A DNA stretch of 64,000 bases from Bacteroides sp. (GTDB taxonomy: Bacteria; Bacteroidota; Bacteroidia; Bacteroidales; Bacteroidaceae), in contig SUXY01000001.1 of the NCBI GenBank assembly GCA_015060705.1, positions 6,525 through 70,524 of the forward strand. Direction: 5' to 3'. Below the pieces are notes generated by a model, which had not been told where the DNA came from, ran no database searches, and saw only the letters and a program-made list of their open reading frames with translations. Of the stretch, positions 42,955 through 52,919 are shown one piece after another. The position numbers and the translations under genes are program-made. Position 1 is the stretch's first letter. Every line of letters begins with the position of its first letter.

Positions 42955-43551
42955 ATGGAATATTTGAGTTTATTTGTAAAGTCCATCTTTGTGGACAATA
43001 TGATTTTCGCATACTTCTTGGGGATGTGTTCTTACCTTGCAGTATCGAAGAACGTAAAGACAGCCGTAGGTTTGGGTGCAGCCGTTACTTTCGTGTTGAT
43101 TGTAACTGTGCCAGTGAACTACCTGTTGGAAAATTATGTATTGAAGGCTAACGCTTTGGTGGAAGGTGTGGATTTGAGCTTCTTGAGCTTGATTCTCTTC
43201 ATCGCCGTAATCGCAGCTATCGTTCAGTTGGTAGAAATGATTGTAGAGCGTTTCAGCCCGTCGTTGTATGCCGCTCTCGGTATCTTCCTTCCGTTGATTG
43301 CCGTGAACTGTGCCATCATGGGTGCTTCTTTGTTTATGCAACAACGTGCATTCGTTAATATTGGCGAAGCTGCAACTTATGCTTTGGGTTCAGGTATCGG
43401 TTGGTTGTTGGCTATCGTAGGTTTGGCTGCTATCCGTGAAAAGATGGCTTACTCTGATGTACCTGCTCCGTTGAAGGGCTTGGGTATTACATTCATCATT
43501 GTAGGTTTGATGGCAATGGCCTTTATGTGTTTCTCTGGTTTGAAAATCTAA
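42955..43551 (+). CDS. nqrE: Na+-NQR subunit E
   Basis: [32 protein letters not shown]. Confidence 0.96.
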   Translation: MEYLSLFVKSIFVDNMIFAYFLGMCSYLAVSKNVKTAVGLGAAVTFVLIVTVPVNYLLENYVLKANALVEGVDLSFLSLILFIAVIAAIVQLVEMIVERFSPSLYAALGIFLPLIAVNCAIMGASLFMQQRAFVNIGEAATYALGSGIGWLLAIVGLAAIREKMAYSDVPAPLKGLGITFIIVGLMAMAFMCFSGLKI

Positions 43552-43569
43552 TAAAGAAAGGAATATACA

Positions 43570-44841
43570 ATGACAGCTTTAATTTTAACTAGTATTGGAG
43601 TATTCCTTGGAATTATTCTATTACTTGTAATTGTTTTGCTTGTCGCTAAGCAGTATTTGACTCCAAGCGGCAAGGTGAAATTGACTATCAATGGTAAGAC
43701 TGAACTGGAAGTAGAACAGGGTTCTTCTTTGTTGAACACTTTGTCTACTAACGGTGTATACTTGTCATCCGCCTGTGGTGGTAAGGGTTCTTGCGGTCAG
43801 TGTAAGTGTCAGGTTGTAGAAGGTGGTGGTGAAATCCTCGATTCAGAAAAGGGTCACTTCACTCGTAAGCAACAGAAGGACAACTGGCGTTTGGGTTGCC
43901 AGGTAAAGGTAAAGGGCGATATGGCCGTGAAGGTAGACGAATCTGTACTCGGCGTAAAGGAATACGAATGTACAGTTATCAGCAACAAGAACGTGGCTAC
44001 CTTTATCAAGGAGTTCAAGGTGCAGTTGCCTGAAGGTGCTCACATGGACTTTATCCCTGGTTCTTATGCTCAGATTCAGATTCCGAAGTTCTCTATCGAC
44101 TACGATAAGGATTTCGACAAGAGCTTGATTGGCGACGAATACTTGCCGGCATGGGAAAAGTTCGGTTTGTTCCCACTGAAGTGTGTGAACCCGGAACCAA
44201 CTATCCGTGCTTACTCTATGGCTAACTACCCAGCCGAAGGTAACGTGTTCATGTTGACAGTACGTATCGCTACTCCTCCGTTCAAGCCGAAAGAACAAGG
44301 TCCGGGCTTCATGGATGTAAATCCGGGTATCGCTTCATCTTACATCTTCTCACTCAAGCCGGGTGACAAGGTAATCATGAGTGGTCCTTACGGTGACTTC
44401 CACCCGCACTTCGATTCTAAGAAGGAAATGATTTGGGTTGGTGGTGGTGCCGGTATGGCTCCGTTGCGTGCTCAGATTATGCACATGACCAAGACTTTGA
44501 AGACTACAGACCGTGAAATGCACTACTTCTATGGTGCCCGTGCATTGAACGAAGTATTCTACTTGGAAGACTTCTTGGGCATTGAAAAGGAATTCCCTAA
44601 CTTCCACTTCCACTTGGCTCTTGACCGTCCTGACCCAGCAGCTGATGCAGCAGGCGTTAAGTACACAGCCGGTTTCGTTCACCAAGTAATGTTGAACACT
44701 TACTTGAAGGATCACGAAGCTCCGGAAGATATCGAATACTACATGTGTGGTCCTGGCCCGATGTCAAAGGCAGTTGTAGCTATGTTGACTGACCTCGGTG
44801 TTGAAGAAAGCTCTATCATGTACGATAACTTTGGAGGTTAA
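43570..44841 (+). CDS. nqrF: Na+-NQR subunit F
   Basis: SACGGKGSCGQC 2Fe-2S motif, RAYSMA, GGGAGMAP, YMCGP, C-terminal DNFGG. Confidence 0.97.
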   Translation: MTALILTSIGVFLGIILLLVIVLLVAKQYLTPSGKVKLTINGKTELEVEQGSSLLNTLSTNGVYLSSACGGKGSCGQCKCQVVEGGGEILDSEKGHFTRKQQKDNWRLGCQVKVKGDMAVKVDESVLGVKEYECTVISNKNVATFIKEFKVQLPEGAHMDFIPGSYAQIQIPKFSIDYDKDFDKSLIGDEYLPAWEKFGLFPLKCVNPEPTIRAYSMANYPAEGNVFMLTVRIATPPFKPKEQGPGFMDVNPGIASSYIFSLKPGDKVIMSGPYGDFHPHFDSKKEMIWVGGGAGMAPLRAQIMHMTKTLKTTDREMHYFYGARALNEVFYLEDFLGIEKEFPNFHFHLALDRPDPAADAAGVKYTAGFVHQVMLNTYLKDHEAPEDIEYYMCGPGPMSKAVVAMLTDLGVEESSIMYDNFGG

Positions 44842-44858
44842 TCCTCGACACTCAATAG

Positions 44859-44886
44859 AAAAGCCGCTTTTACAAGCGGCTTTTTC
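44859..44886. terminator. Bidirectional terminator
   Basis: AAAAGCCGCTT-TTAC-AAGCGGCTTTTT. Confidence 0.85.
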
Positions 44887-44887
44887 T

Positions 44888-45880
44888 TTATCTTCTTTCC
44901 AATGCTTCACACATCAACTGATAACCTCTATCCGAAATCTCCCTCGCTTTGGCATAATCGGAAATCTCTCCGTAACTATCAAATGGCATCTTGACCAAGA
45001 TATCCGGTTTATACAATTCCAGCATCAGTTCCGTATTTTTGTGGTTCATCAGACTGAAGGTGCGGTCCAATAAGTCGTAATAATTATCGCCATAATCCAA
45101 CGAATCGTCTTCATTGAAAGCTCGTCGATAATTGAATACATCTTTCAGCACTTCCATGCTTCGGCTACCGGCATGTTTCAGTCGCTTTATCAGACTCATG
45201 TCCGTATCGTGCTTGAAATCGTGAATCACATCCAACAATTCTTCGTGTACTTCCAACTCAAACTGTTTGTCTATCAGTCTAGCTTCGTGTTCCCGACGAA
45301 GAATCAAGTTGATTTCTTCCTCGTTCACATCATTCACATCGAATGCTACTAATAAATCACCTTCTGTGCGTCGTACCCGATTCAGCGGTAAACAATTCGT
45401 AATGGCACCGTCTATTAGGGTAGTCAAGCCAAATTTTACAGGACGGAACAACGAAGGAATGGAAATAGAAGCGCGGATAGCTCTAAAAAGCGGTCCATAG
45501 TCGAACAACACTTCACGTCCTGTATAAAGATCTGTTGCCACCGCACAATACGGAATCGGTAAATCTTCGATGTTTATATTAGGAACAATCTGCATGATAG
45601 CATCAATTACCTTGTCACCTTTTACGAAATGATTCTTCCCGATGGAAAGATCCATGAGCGAAAATACTTCCCACGCATCGAGTGAATAGAGCCATTCTTT
45701 AAACTCTGCTAATTTACCCGCAGCATAGATTCCACCCACCAAGGAACCTATGGAGGTACCGGCTATCGAGGTAATGGTATATCCATGTTCTTCCAAAGCT
45801 TCGATTGCACCGATGTAGGCAAAGCCACGAGGACCACCGCTTGAAAGAACAAGTGCTACATTCTTATTGTTCTGTTCCAT
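44888..45880 (-). CDS. Patatin-like phospholipase
   Basis: LSSGGPRG oxyanion motif, GTSIG nucleophile, ASISIP, DGA. Confidence 0.9.
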   Translation of the reverse strand: MEQNNKNVALVLSSGGPRGFAYIGAIEALEEHGYTITSIAGTSIGSLVGGIYAAGKLAEFKEWLYSLDAWEVFSLMDLSIGKNHFVKGDKVIDAIMQIVPNINIEDLPIPYCAVATDLYTGREVLFDYGPLFRAIRASISIPSLFRPVKFGLTTLIDGAITNCLPLNRVRRTEGDLLVAFDVNDVNEEEINLILRREHEARLIDKQFELEVHEELLDVIHDFKHDTDMSLIKRLKHAGSRSMEVLKDVFNYRRAFNEDDSLDYGDNYYDLLDRTFSLMNHKNTELMLELYKPDILVKMPFDSYGEISDYAKAREISDRGYQLMCEALERR

Positions 45881-45974
45881 AATATATCGTATAGATTCTA
45901 AAGTCTAGGCAAACTTACACAAAATCTGAAGATTTTTATGTATGTTTGCACGATAAAACTAAAGAAAAAGAAAT

Positions 45975-46748
45975 ATGGGATATGGAAAATGGATAGGGGG
46001 TATAGTCGGCTTTATGGCAGCAGGTCCCCTCGGAGCTTTGGCAGGATATGCTATCGGCTCCATGTTGGAAAACAATGACGATGACAATTATAGCGGTGGC
46101 GGATATACATATGAGAATCCAACCTATGGCCAGCGCAACAGCTTCCTTTTCTCGATGTTGGTTATGGCTTCATACATCATCAAGGCAGACGGAAAAGTGA
46201 TGCATAGTGAAATGGAATTTGTCCGTCAGTTCCTTCGCGTAAACTTCGGCGAAGCAGCAGTAGCGGAAGGAAACCAAATTCTCCTCAACCTTTTTGAACA
46301 ACGGAAGCAAATGGATGCCAACAATCCTTCGGCATTCAAGAATACCATTTACGAATGTGGTATGCAAATCAAGCAGAACATGGGATATGAAGAACGTCTC
46401 CAACTGCTTAGTTTCTTGGCTAAGATTGCACAAAGCGACGGTAGTGTTTGCCAAGCTGAAATAGAAGCCTTGAAGGAAGTGGCAACGGCTATGGGTATGT
46501 CTGCTCAGGAAGTGGAATCCATGTTGAACCTGGGAGGTAATACCTTGGAACAAGCTTATAAGGTACTTGAAATCGAACCGACCGCTACCGACGATGAAGT
46601 GAAAGCCGCTTATCGTAAGTTGGCCTTGAAACATCATCCGGACCGTGTGGCTACGCTTGGCGAAGATGTGAAGAAAGCAGCTGAAGAAAAGTTCCAGCAG
46701 ATAAACAATGCCAAGGAAATGATTTATAAAGCTAGAGGAATGAAATAA
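45975..46748 (+). CDS. djlA: DjlA-like co-chaperone (TerB-like domain plus J domain)
   Basis: Gly-rich N-terminal TM, IKADGKV TerB-like segment, C-terminal J domain with HPD. Confidence 0.85.
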   Translation: MGYGKWIGGIVGFMAAGPLGALAGYAIGSMLENNDDDNYSGGGYTYENPTYGQRNSFLFSMLVMASYIIKADGKVMHSEMEFVRQFLRVNFGEAAVAEGNQILLNLFEQRKQMDANNPSAFKNTIYECGMQIKQNMGYEERLQLLSFLAKIAQSDGSVCQAEIEALKEVATAMGMSAQEVESMLNLGGNTLEQAYKVLEIEPTATDDEVKAAYRKLALKHHPDRVATLGEDVKKAAEEKFQQINNAKEMIYKARGMK

Positions 46749-46750
46749 AT

Positions 46751-48262
46751 ATGAAGCGACTGACCTATTCACTATTGTTGGCAAGTGCATTGGCAAATCC
46801 TGGCATTGCACAAGACCGCCCTAACATCATCCTCTTCTTGGTCGATGATATGGGTGTCATGGATACTTCAGTGCCTTTCCTGACCGATGCTGAAGGAAAG
46901 GTTCAGAAACATCCACTGAACGAATGGTATCGTACACCCAACATGGAGAAGTTGGCCGCTCAAGGCATCCGTTTCTCTACATTCTATGCCCAAAGTGTGA
47001 GTTCTCCTTCGCGTACCTCTATCATGACAGGGCAGAATGCGGCTCGCCACCGGACAACCAATTGGATCAATTCTGAAAGCAACAACCGCACGACCTTTGG
47101 TCCTCACGATTGGAATTGGGAAGGGCTGAATAGTCAAATACCTGTTTATCCCAAGCTCTTGCAAAAGGCTGGTTATCGTACCATTCATGTAGGAAAAGCT
47201 CATTTCGGATGCATCGGTAGTGAAGGAGAAGACCCTCGAAATGTTGGTTTCGATGTGAATATCGGCGGAAACTCTATCGGTCAACCGGGTAGCTATTATG
47301 GTGAATGGGGATATGGATTCATCAAAGGAAACAAGTCAAGAGCCGTACCAGGATTGGAGAAGTATCATGGAAGCGACATCTTCCTGACCGATGCGCTGAC
47401 TTTGGAAGCGGAAGCCGAAATGGAAAAAGCTCTCCAAGAAGGAAAGCCTTTCTATTTGAATATGTCGCATTATGCGGTACACCAACCCTTCGAAGCTGAC
47501 AAACGGTATCTTGCCCATTACCAGAATTCCGGAAAGGGTGGACAAGCCGAAGCTTTCGCGACATTGGTAGAAGGTATGGACAAATCTTTGGGTGATTTAA
47601 TGCAAAAACTCGAAGAACTGGGAGTAGCCGAGAATACATTGATTCTTTTCTTGGGAGACAATGGGGGAGATGCCCCATTAGGTGGACCTGCCGATTACGG
47701 TTCATCGGCTCCGTTAAAGGGAAAGAAAGGTTCTGAATATGAGGGTGGAGTACGTGTTCCATTCATTGCAGCATGGGCGAAACCAAATGCAAACAACAAG
47801 TTCCAGAAGAAATATCCGATTGCCCAAAATGCAGTCCAACTTCAGCAAGGTACGGTAATGGACCTTTATCCAACGATTCTTTCGGTAGCGGGAGTGGATA
47901 CTCCCAAGAACTATGCACTGGATGGAGCAGACTTAAAAAAGTTACTTCAAGGAAAGAAGGACAAGAAGCATCGGGATGATTTCCTCATGCACTTTCCTCA
48001 CGGTGAACATCGTGCCAACTATTTCACCACTTATCGCAAAGGGGACTGGAAACTCATCTACTACTATAATCCTGAAACAACGGGAGAACCTTCATGGAAA
48101 CTCTACAACTTAAAAGAAGACCCGTACGAAACATCGGATGTAGCAGAAAAGTATCCTGAAAAGGTAACATCCATGATTAAGATGATGAAAGAACGTTTGG
48201 AAGAGGAAAATGCCCTCTATCCAGTAGATAAAGCCAACAACATTTGTAAGCCTCATCTCTAA
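46751..48262 (+). CDS. Ser-type sulfatase (S1 family)
   Basis: Signal peptide; PNIILFLVDDMG, SSPSRTSIMTG (Ser in place of Cys), GYRTIHVGKAH, GDNGG, EGGVRVP. Confidence 0.92.
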   Translation: MKRLTYSLLLASALANPGIAQDRPNIILFLVDDMGVMDTSVPFLTDAEGKVQKHPLNEWYRTPNMEKLAAQGIRFSTFYAQSVSSPSRTSIMTGQNAARHRTTNWINSESNNRTTFGPHDWNWEGLNSQIPVYPKLLQKAGYRTIHVGKAHFGCIGSEGEDPRNVGFDVNIGGNSIGQPGSYYGEWGYGFIKGNKSRAVPGLEKYHGSDIFLTDALTLEAEAEMEKALQEGKPFYLNMSHYAVHQPFEADKRYLAHYQNSGKGGQAEAFATLVEGMDKSLGDLMQKLEELGVAENTLILFLGDNGGDAPLGGPADYGSSAPLKGKKGSEYEGGVRVPFIAAWAKPNANNKFQKKYPIAQNAVQLQQGTVMDLYPTILSVAGVDTPKNYALDGADLKKLLQGKKDKKHRDDFLMHFPHGEHRANYFTTYRKGDWKLIYYYNPETTGEPSWKLYNLKEDPYETSDVAEKYPEKVTSMIKMMKERLEEENALYPVDKANNICKPHL

Positions 48263-48297
48263 CAAGATTAAGGCATTATTAATGTAAAATACATGCC

Positions 48298-48390
48298 TAC
48301 GAGCTTTCGCTGAAAGACGTATGGTCTTACCACGACAAGACGTATCATCTTACTGCGATAAGACCATACGTCTTTCGGCAGATGCCCGTA
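48298..48390. repeat. 93-bp palindromic REP/MITE-like element
   Basis: 32-bp terminal inverted repeats (27/32 match, TA at both ends) and three AAGAC-N5-(G/A)TCTT units at exact 23-bp spacing (48314, 48337, 48360). Confidence 0.75.
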
Positions 48391-48518
48391 TACGAAAACC
48401 AGACAATGACTATTCCGGATAAAAGGTTCAAAACGTTTTGTTCTAAATGTCCTTTGTTTTTGTTATCCATTCATAAATAAAATCTTATCTTTGTAAACAT
48501 AAAAACAAAGACAAGATT

Positions 48519-49295
48519 ATGAAAACATCAATCGTATATTTCAGTGCCACCTATACTACACACCGAGTTGTAGGACATTTGGCAAAACAAATAACCGAAG
48601 AGATTACAGAGTATGATATTACCAATCATGCTCCAAGCAAAGAAATTATAATCCCCAAGAATGAATTGTTGATTGTAGGGATACCGGTTTATGCCGGTCG
48701 TATTCCAGAAATGGCCGTTGACCGTATCCGTCAATTCAAAGGAGAAAGAACGCCTGCCATAGCCGTAGCGGTTTATGGTAACCGAGACTACGACGATGCT
48801 TTACTCGAATTATCGGACTTGTTAGCGGACAATGGCTTCCAAGTCATTTCGGCCGGTGCATTCATTGCCAAACACAGCATCTTCCCGAAAGTAGGTGCCC
48901 AAAGACCGGATGCTGACGACTATCAACAAATCAATGTTTTTGCAAGCGAAAGCTACAAGATATTGAACAAGAATCTGGAAAAGTTATTGCCTATTCATGT
49001 TCCCGGAAATCGTCCTTACAAAATTCCTGGTTCGATTCCTATCTACCCTTCGGGTACCAAGACTTGCAAAGAATGTGGTAAATGTGTCGAATTATGTCCG
49101 GCAGGTGCTATCCCTAAGGATCGTCCGAAGGAAGTCGACGAAACGAAGTGTATCAAGTGCGGTAGATGCATTGTGGTATGTCCAACACAAAGTAGAAAGT
49201 TCCAAGGCATGACTTATACCATGGCTTCCATGAAGTTCAACCTTGCTTACAAGGAACGTCGAGAACCAGAAATGTTTTTTGCACGATACAATTAA
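48519..49295 (+). CDS. Flavodoxin-like domain plus 2x[4Fe-4S] ferredoxin (EFR1-like)
   Basis: YFSATYTT, PVYAGRIP, VYGNRDYDDAL; CKECGKCVELCP and CIKCGRCIVVCP. Confidence 0.87.
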   Translation: MKTSIVYFSATYTTHRVVGHLAKQITEEITEYDITNHAPSKEIIIPKNELLIVGIPVYAGRIPEMAVDRIRQFKGERTPAIAVAVYGNRDYDDALLELSDLLADNGFQVISAGAFIAKHSIFPKVGAQRPDADDYQQINVFASESYKILNKNLEKLLPIHVPGNRPYKIPGSIPIYPSGTKTCKECGKCVELCPAGAIPKDRPKEVDETKCIKCGRCIVVCPTQSRKFQGMTYTMASMKFNLAYKERREPEMFFARYN

Positions 49296-49322
49296 GCATC
49301 AAGATTATTAAAACCAAGCTAT

Positions 49323-50309
49323 ATGAAAAAACATCTTTATGTAAGCTTATGCTTGATAGGCATGCTCACTTTACTTTATTCTTGCCAACAGAGCGAAAGT
49401 AAGAAGCAACCGCAATACATCGTCGATGTACAAGCACATCGGGGTGGCATGGGGCTTATGCCAGCCAATACACTAGAAGCCATGAAAAATGCTGTAGACT
49501 TAGGGGTCAACACACTCGAAATGGATATTGTTGTCACCAAAGACAAGAAAGTGATTCTTTCTCATGACAAGTATTTTACCGCCGAAGAAACCACACGTCC
49601 GGACGGTACACCGATGAAAAAGGAAGATCCAAGGGAATACATGTGGAAGATGACTTACGAAGAAATTGCTAAATACGATGTAGGCATGAGACAGCATCCG
49701 AACTATCCTGAACAGAAGACACTTCCGGCCATCCGACCTCTGCTCTCTGATGTCTTATCGTTCATAGAAAACTATACCGAAGAACAGGGAATGGCTCCGA
49801 TGAATTATAATATCGAAATCAAGGCCGACCCAGACTGGAATGGTGGCATTGAAGGGACGGATTGGCCTGTATATAATGAAATGGTGGATATCTGTCTAGG
49901 CGTAATCACTCCATTCAATCTAGGCGACCGTCTGATTGTGCAGACCTTCGACGAAAGAGCCTTGGCTTACATGAACGAAAAATATCCGGAACTTCAACTT
50001 TCCTATCTGGTAGGTGGAGGCGAAGTCCATTGGTTGGAAAACAAAGAAATGGATTTCGATACCATCTTGGGCAATATAGGTTTCGTTCCTGAATGGTTCA
50101 GTCCAGCAAGTATTTTTGTAACCAAATCATGTGTAAACGAAGCACATAAAAGAGGGATGAAGGTTGTCACTTGGACAGTCGACAACAAAGATGAGATGAT
50201 AAAAATGATTGATGCTGGAGTAGATGCCATCATTTCCAACTACCCGGATAGATTGTTGGATGTAGTCAAAAACTATACAACCTATACATCCGGAGCTAAT
50301 AACCAATAA
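49323..50309 (+). CDS. Glycerophosphodiester phosphodiesterase, probable lipoprotein
   Basis: LYSC lipobox; QAHRGG, LEMDI, LSHD, NIEIK, WTVD, IISNYPD. Confidence 0.92.
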   Translation: MKKHLYVSLCLIGMLTLLYSCQQSESKKQPQYIVDVQAHRGGMGLMPANTLEAMKNAVDLGVNTLEMDIVVTKDKKVILSHDKYFTAEETTRPDGTPMKKEDPREYMWKMTYEEIAKYDVGMRQHPNYPEQKTLPAIRPLLSDVLSFIENYTEEQGMAPMNYNIEIKADPDWNGGIEGTDWPVYNEMVDICLGVITPFNLGDRLIVQTFDERALAYMNEKYPELQLSYLVGGGEVHWLENKEMDFDTILGNIGFVPEWFSPASIFVTKSCVNEAHKRGMKVVTWTVDNKDEMIKMIDAGVDAIISNYPDRLLDVVKNYTTYTSGANNQ

Positions 50310-50318
50310 ACCAGAAAC

Positions 50319-51647
50319 ATGAAACTCTCAAATACAATCACACAAGCTCTTGCTTACTTGAACATTAAATCGTTAAACCCGATGCAAGAGGCATCCATCG
50401 ATGCATGGAAAGAAGGGAAAGACTTAATTCTGCTCTCACCAACCGGTTCAGGAAAGACGTTGGCATATCTATTACCTCTACTTGAAACGTTGAATCCGGA
50501 AGAGAAAGGAGTGCAAGCCGTTGTTTTGGTTCCTTCCCGTGAACTGGCGCTACAGATAGACCAAGTCTTCAAAAGCATGAATACTCCCTACAAGGTGATG
50601 AGTTGCTATGGTGGACGTCCAGCTATGGAAGAACACCGCACCATGAAAGGCATCCATCCTTCCATTATCATTGGTACACCGGGACGTATGAACGACCATT
50701 TGAGCAAGCAGAATTTTGATGCATCCAGTGTACGGACATTGGTCATCGATGAATTTGACAAGTGTTTGGAATTTGGTTTCCAAGAAGAAATGGCTACGGT
50801 CATCGGACAACTACCGAACTTACAACGGCGGTTCTTGCTATCGGCCACCGATTCGGAAGAAATTCCACAATTCACCGGCATGAACCGCACCACCAAACTC
50901 AGCTTCTTGAATGAAGAAGAACCGATTTCAGAACGGATACATATATATAAGGTAATGTCGCCTATCAAAGACAAGCTTGAAACCTTGTATAAATTACTCT
51001 GTACACTCGGAAGCCAATCGACTTTGGTGTTCTGCAATCATCGGGAAAGTGTAGAACGGGTAGGGAAGTACCTTCAATCACAAAAGTTCCCTTGCGGAGT
51101 CTTTCATGGAGGTATGGAACAAGAAGACCGTGAACGTTCGCTCTATAAATTCCGTAATGGAAGCTGTCATGTGTTGATATCTACCGATCTTGCAGCTCGC
51201 GGCCTTGACATCCCTGATATTGAAAACATCGTTCACTATCACATGCCTATCCAAGAAGACGGATACATCCACCGTAACGGACGTACCGCCCGTTGGGAAG
51301 CCGAAGGAAATTCATACATTATTCTTCATGGTGAAGAAACCTTGCCGGCATACATCCAAGAGGAACCGGAACTATTCACATTACCTGAAAAGACTCCTAA
51401 ACCTTCCCAACCGGAATTTGTTACTTTATATATTGGAAAAGGGAAGAAAGACAAAATCAATAAGATCGACATTGTAGGCTTTCTCTTTAAAAAAGGTAAC
51501 CTAAACAAGGAAGAAGTTGGACGAATTGACGTTAAAGACCATTATTCGTTTGCAGCCATCTCGCGCAAAAAGGCAAAACAAGCCCTAAGCTTGATACGTG
51601 GTGAAAAGATAAAAGGGGTAAAAACCATCATAGAAGAAGCAAAATAA
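50319..51647 (+). CDS. DEAD-box RNA helicase with DbpA-type C-terminal RNA-binding domain
   Basis: SPTGSGKT, PSRELA, TPGR, DEFD, SAT, ARGLD, HRNGRTAR; C-terminal GKGKKDKINKIDIVG. Confidence 0.9.
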   Translation: MKLSNTITQALAYLNIKSLNPMQEASIDAWKEGKDLILLSPTGSGKTLAYLLPLLETLNPEEKGVQAVVLVPSRELALQIDQVFKSMNTPYKVMSCYGGRPAMEEHRTMKGIHPSIIIGTPGRMNDHLSKQNFDASSVRTLVIDEFDKCLEFGFQEEMATVIGQLPNLQRRFLLSATDSEEIPQFTGMNRTTKLSFLNEEEPISERIHIYKVMSPIKDKLETLYKLLCTLGSQSTLVFCNHRESVERVGKYLQSQKFPCGVFHGGMEQEDRERSLYKFRNGSCHVLISTDLAARGLDIPDIENIVHYHMPIQEDGYIHRNGRTARWEAEGNSYIILHGEETLPAYIQEEPELFTLPEKTPKPSQPEFVTLYIGKGKKDKINKIDIVGFLFKKGNLNKEEVGRIDVKDHYSFAAISRKKAKQALSLIRGEKIKGVKTIIEEAK

Positions 51648-51793
51648 TAACAGATTGTCAACAAACGGAACAAAAATGGGTGCTTACACTTTGAAAAAGA
51701 TGGAAGTTTATTTGGGAATAATGAAAATAATGCCTATATTCGCATAGATAAAAAACAAATCATAATTGTATCACAATTTAAACCTATTTGGAT

Positions 51794-52858
51794 ATGAAAA
51801 AGCATAATTTCAGTGCAGGTCCATCTATCCTGCCTCGTGAGGTAATCGAAAATACAGCTCAAGCCGTATTGGATTTCAACGGTCTTTCCATTTTGGAAAT
51901 CAGCCACCGTTCCAAAGATTTCCAAGCTGTGATTGACGAAGCTGTAGCCTTGTTCAAGGAGTTGCTGAATATTCCGGAAGGCTATTCTGTATTGTTCGTG
52001 GGAGGTGGTGCAAGTATGCAATTCTGCATGGTTCCATATAACTTCTTGGAAAAGAAGGCCGCTTATTTGAATACAGGTGTTTGGTCAAAGAAAGCTATCA
52101 AGGAAGCAAAGGCATTTGGTGAAGTAGTAGAAGTGGCTTCATCGGCTGAAACTACTTTCAATTATATTCCTAAGGGCTATACGATTCCTGAAGATGCTGA
52201 TTATTTCCATGTAACCAGCAACAATACTATCTATGGTACTGAAATTCGCAAAGATTTGGACTCTCCTGTTCCAATGATTGCTGACATGTCTTCAGACATT
52301 TTCTCTCGCCCGGTAGACGTTTCTAAGTACATCTGTATTTATGGTGGTGCTCAGAAGAATTTGGCTCCTGCCGGTGCTACATTCGTTATCGTAAAGGACG
52401 AAGCTTTGAACAAGGTTTCACGTTATATCCCGACTATGTTGAAGTATCAGACTCACGTGGACGGTGGTTCTATGTTCAATACACCTCCAGTATTGCCTAT
52501 CTACTCGGCTCTACAGACTTTGCGTTGGATCAAGAAGGAAGGTGGCGTAGCGGAAATGCAACGTCGTGCTAAGGAACGTGCCGATTTGCTTTATGGTGAA
52601 ATCGACCGCAACAAGTTGTTCCGTGCAACCATCGCTGATCCAGAAGACCGCTCATATATGAATATCTGCTTCGTCATGAACGATGAATACAAGGAATTAG
52701 AACCTGAATTCATGAAGTTCGCTACTGAAAGAGGTATGGTAGGCATCAAGGGACACCGTTCGGTTGGTGGTTTCCGTGCATCATGCTATAACGCAATGCC
52801 ATTGGAAAGCGTTCAGGCTCTCGTGGACTGCATGCAAGAATTTGAAAAGCTTCATTAA
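51794..52858 (+). CDS. serC: Phosphoserine aminotransferase
   Basis: HNFSAGP, EISHRS, ADMSS, GAQKN (PLP Lys), [15 protein letters not shown]; ATG 51794. Confidence 0.97.
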   Translation: MKKHNFSAGPSILPREVIENTAQAVLDFNGLSILEISHRSKDFQAVIDEAVALFKELLNIPEGYSVLFVGGGASMQFCMVPYNFLEKKAAYLNTGVWSKKAIKEAKAFGEVVEVASSAETTFNYIPKGYTIPEDADYFHVTSNNTIYGTEIRKDLDSPVPMIADMSSDIFSRPVDVSKYICIYGGAQKNLAPAGATFVIVKDEALNKVSRYIPTMLKYQTHVDGGSMFNTPPVLPIYSALQTLRWIKKEGGVAEMQRRAKERADLLYGEIDRNKLFRATIADPEDRSYMNICFVMNDEYKELEPEFMKFATERGMVGIKGHRSVGGFRASCYNAMPLESVQALVDCMQEFEKLH

Positions 52859-52919
52859 TTGATAACCATAAAATAAGGGCATGCCTTGGCATGTCCTTAT
52901 TCTTTATAAATTTAAAACC

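Noticed and set aside
48298-48390. Possible mini-CRISPR
   Set aside because: Period is only 23 bp with 8-bp linkers, and the third unit is inverted; incompatible with repeat-spacer structure.
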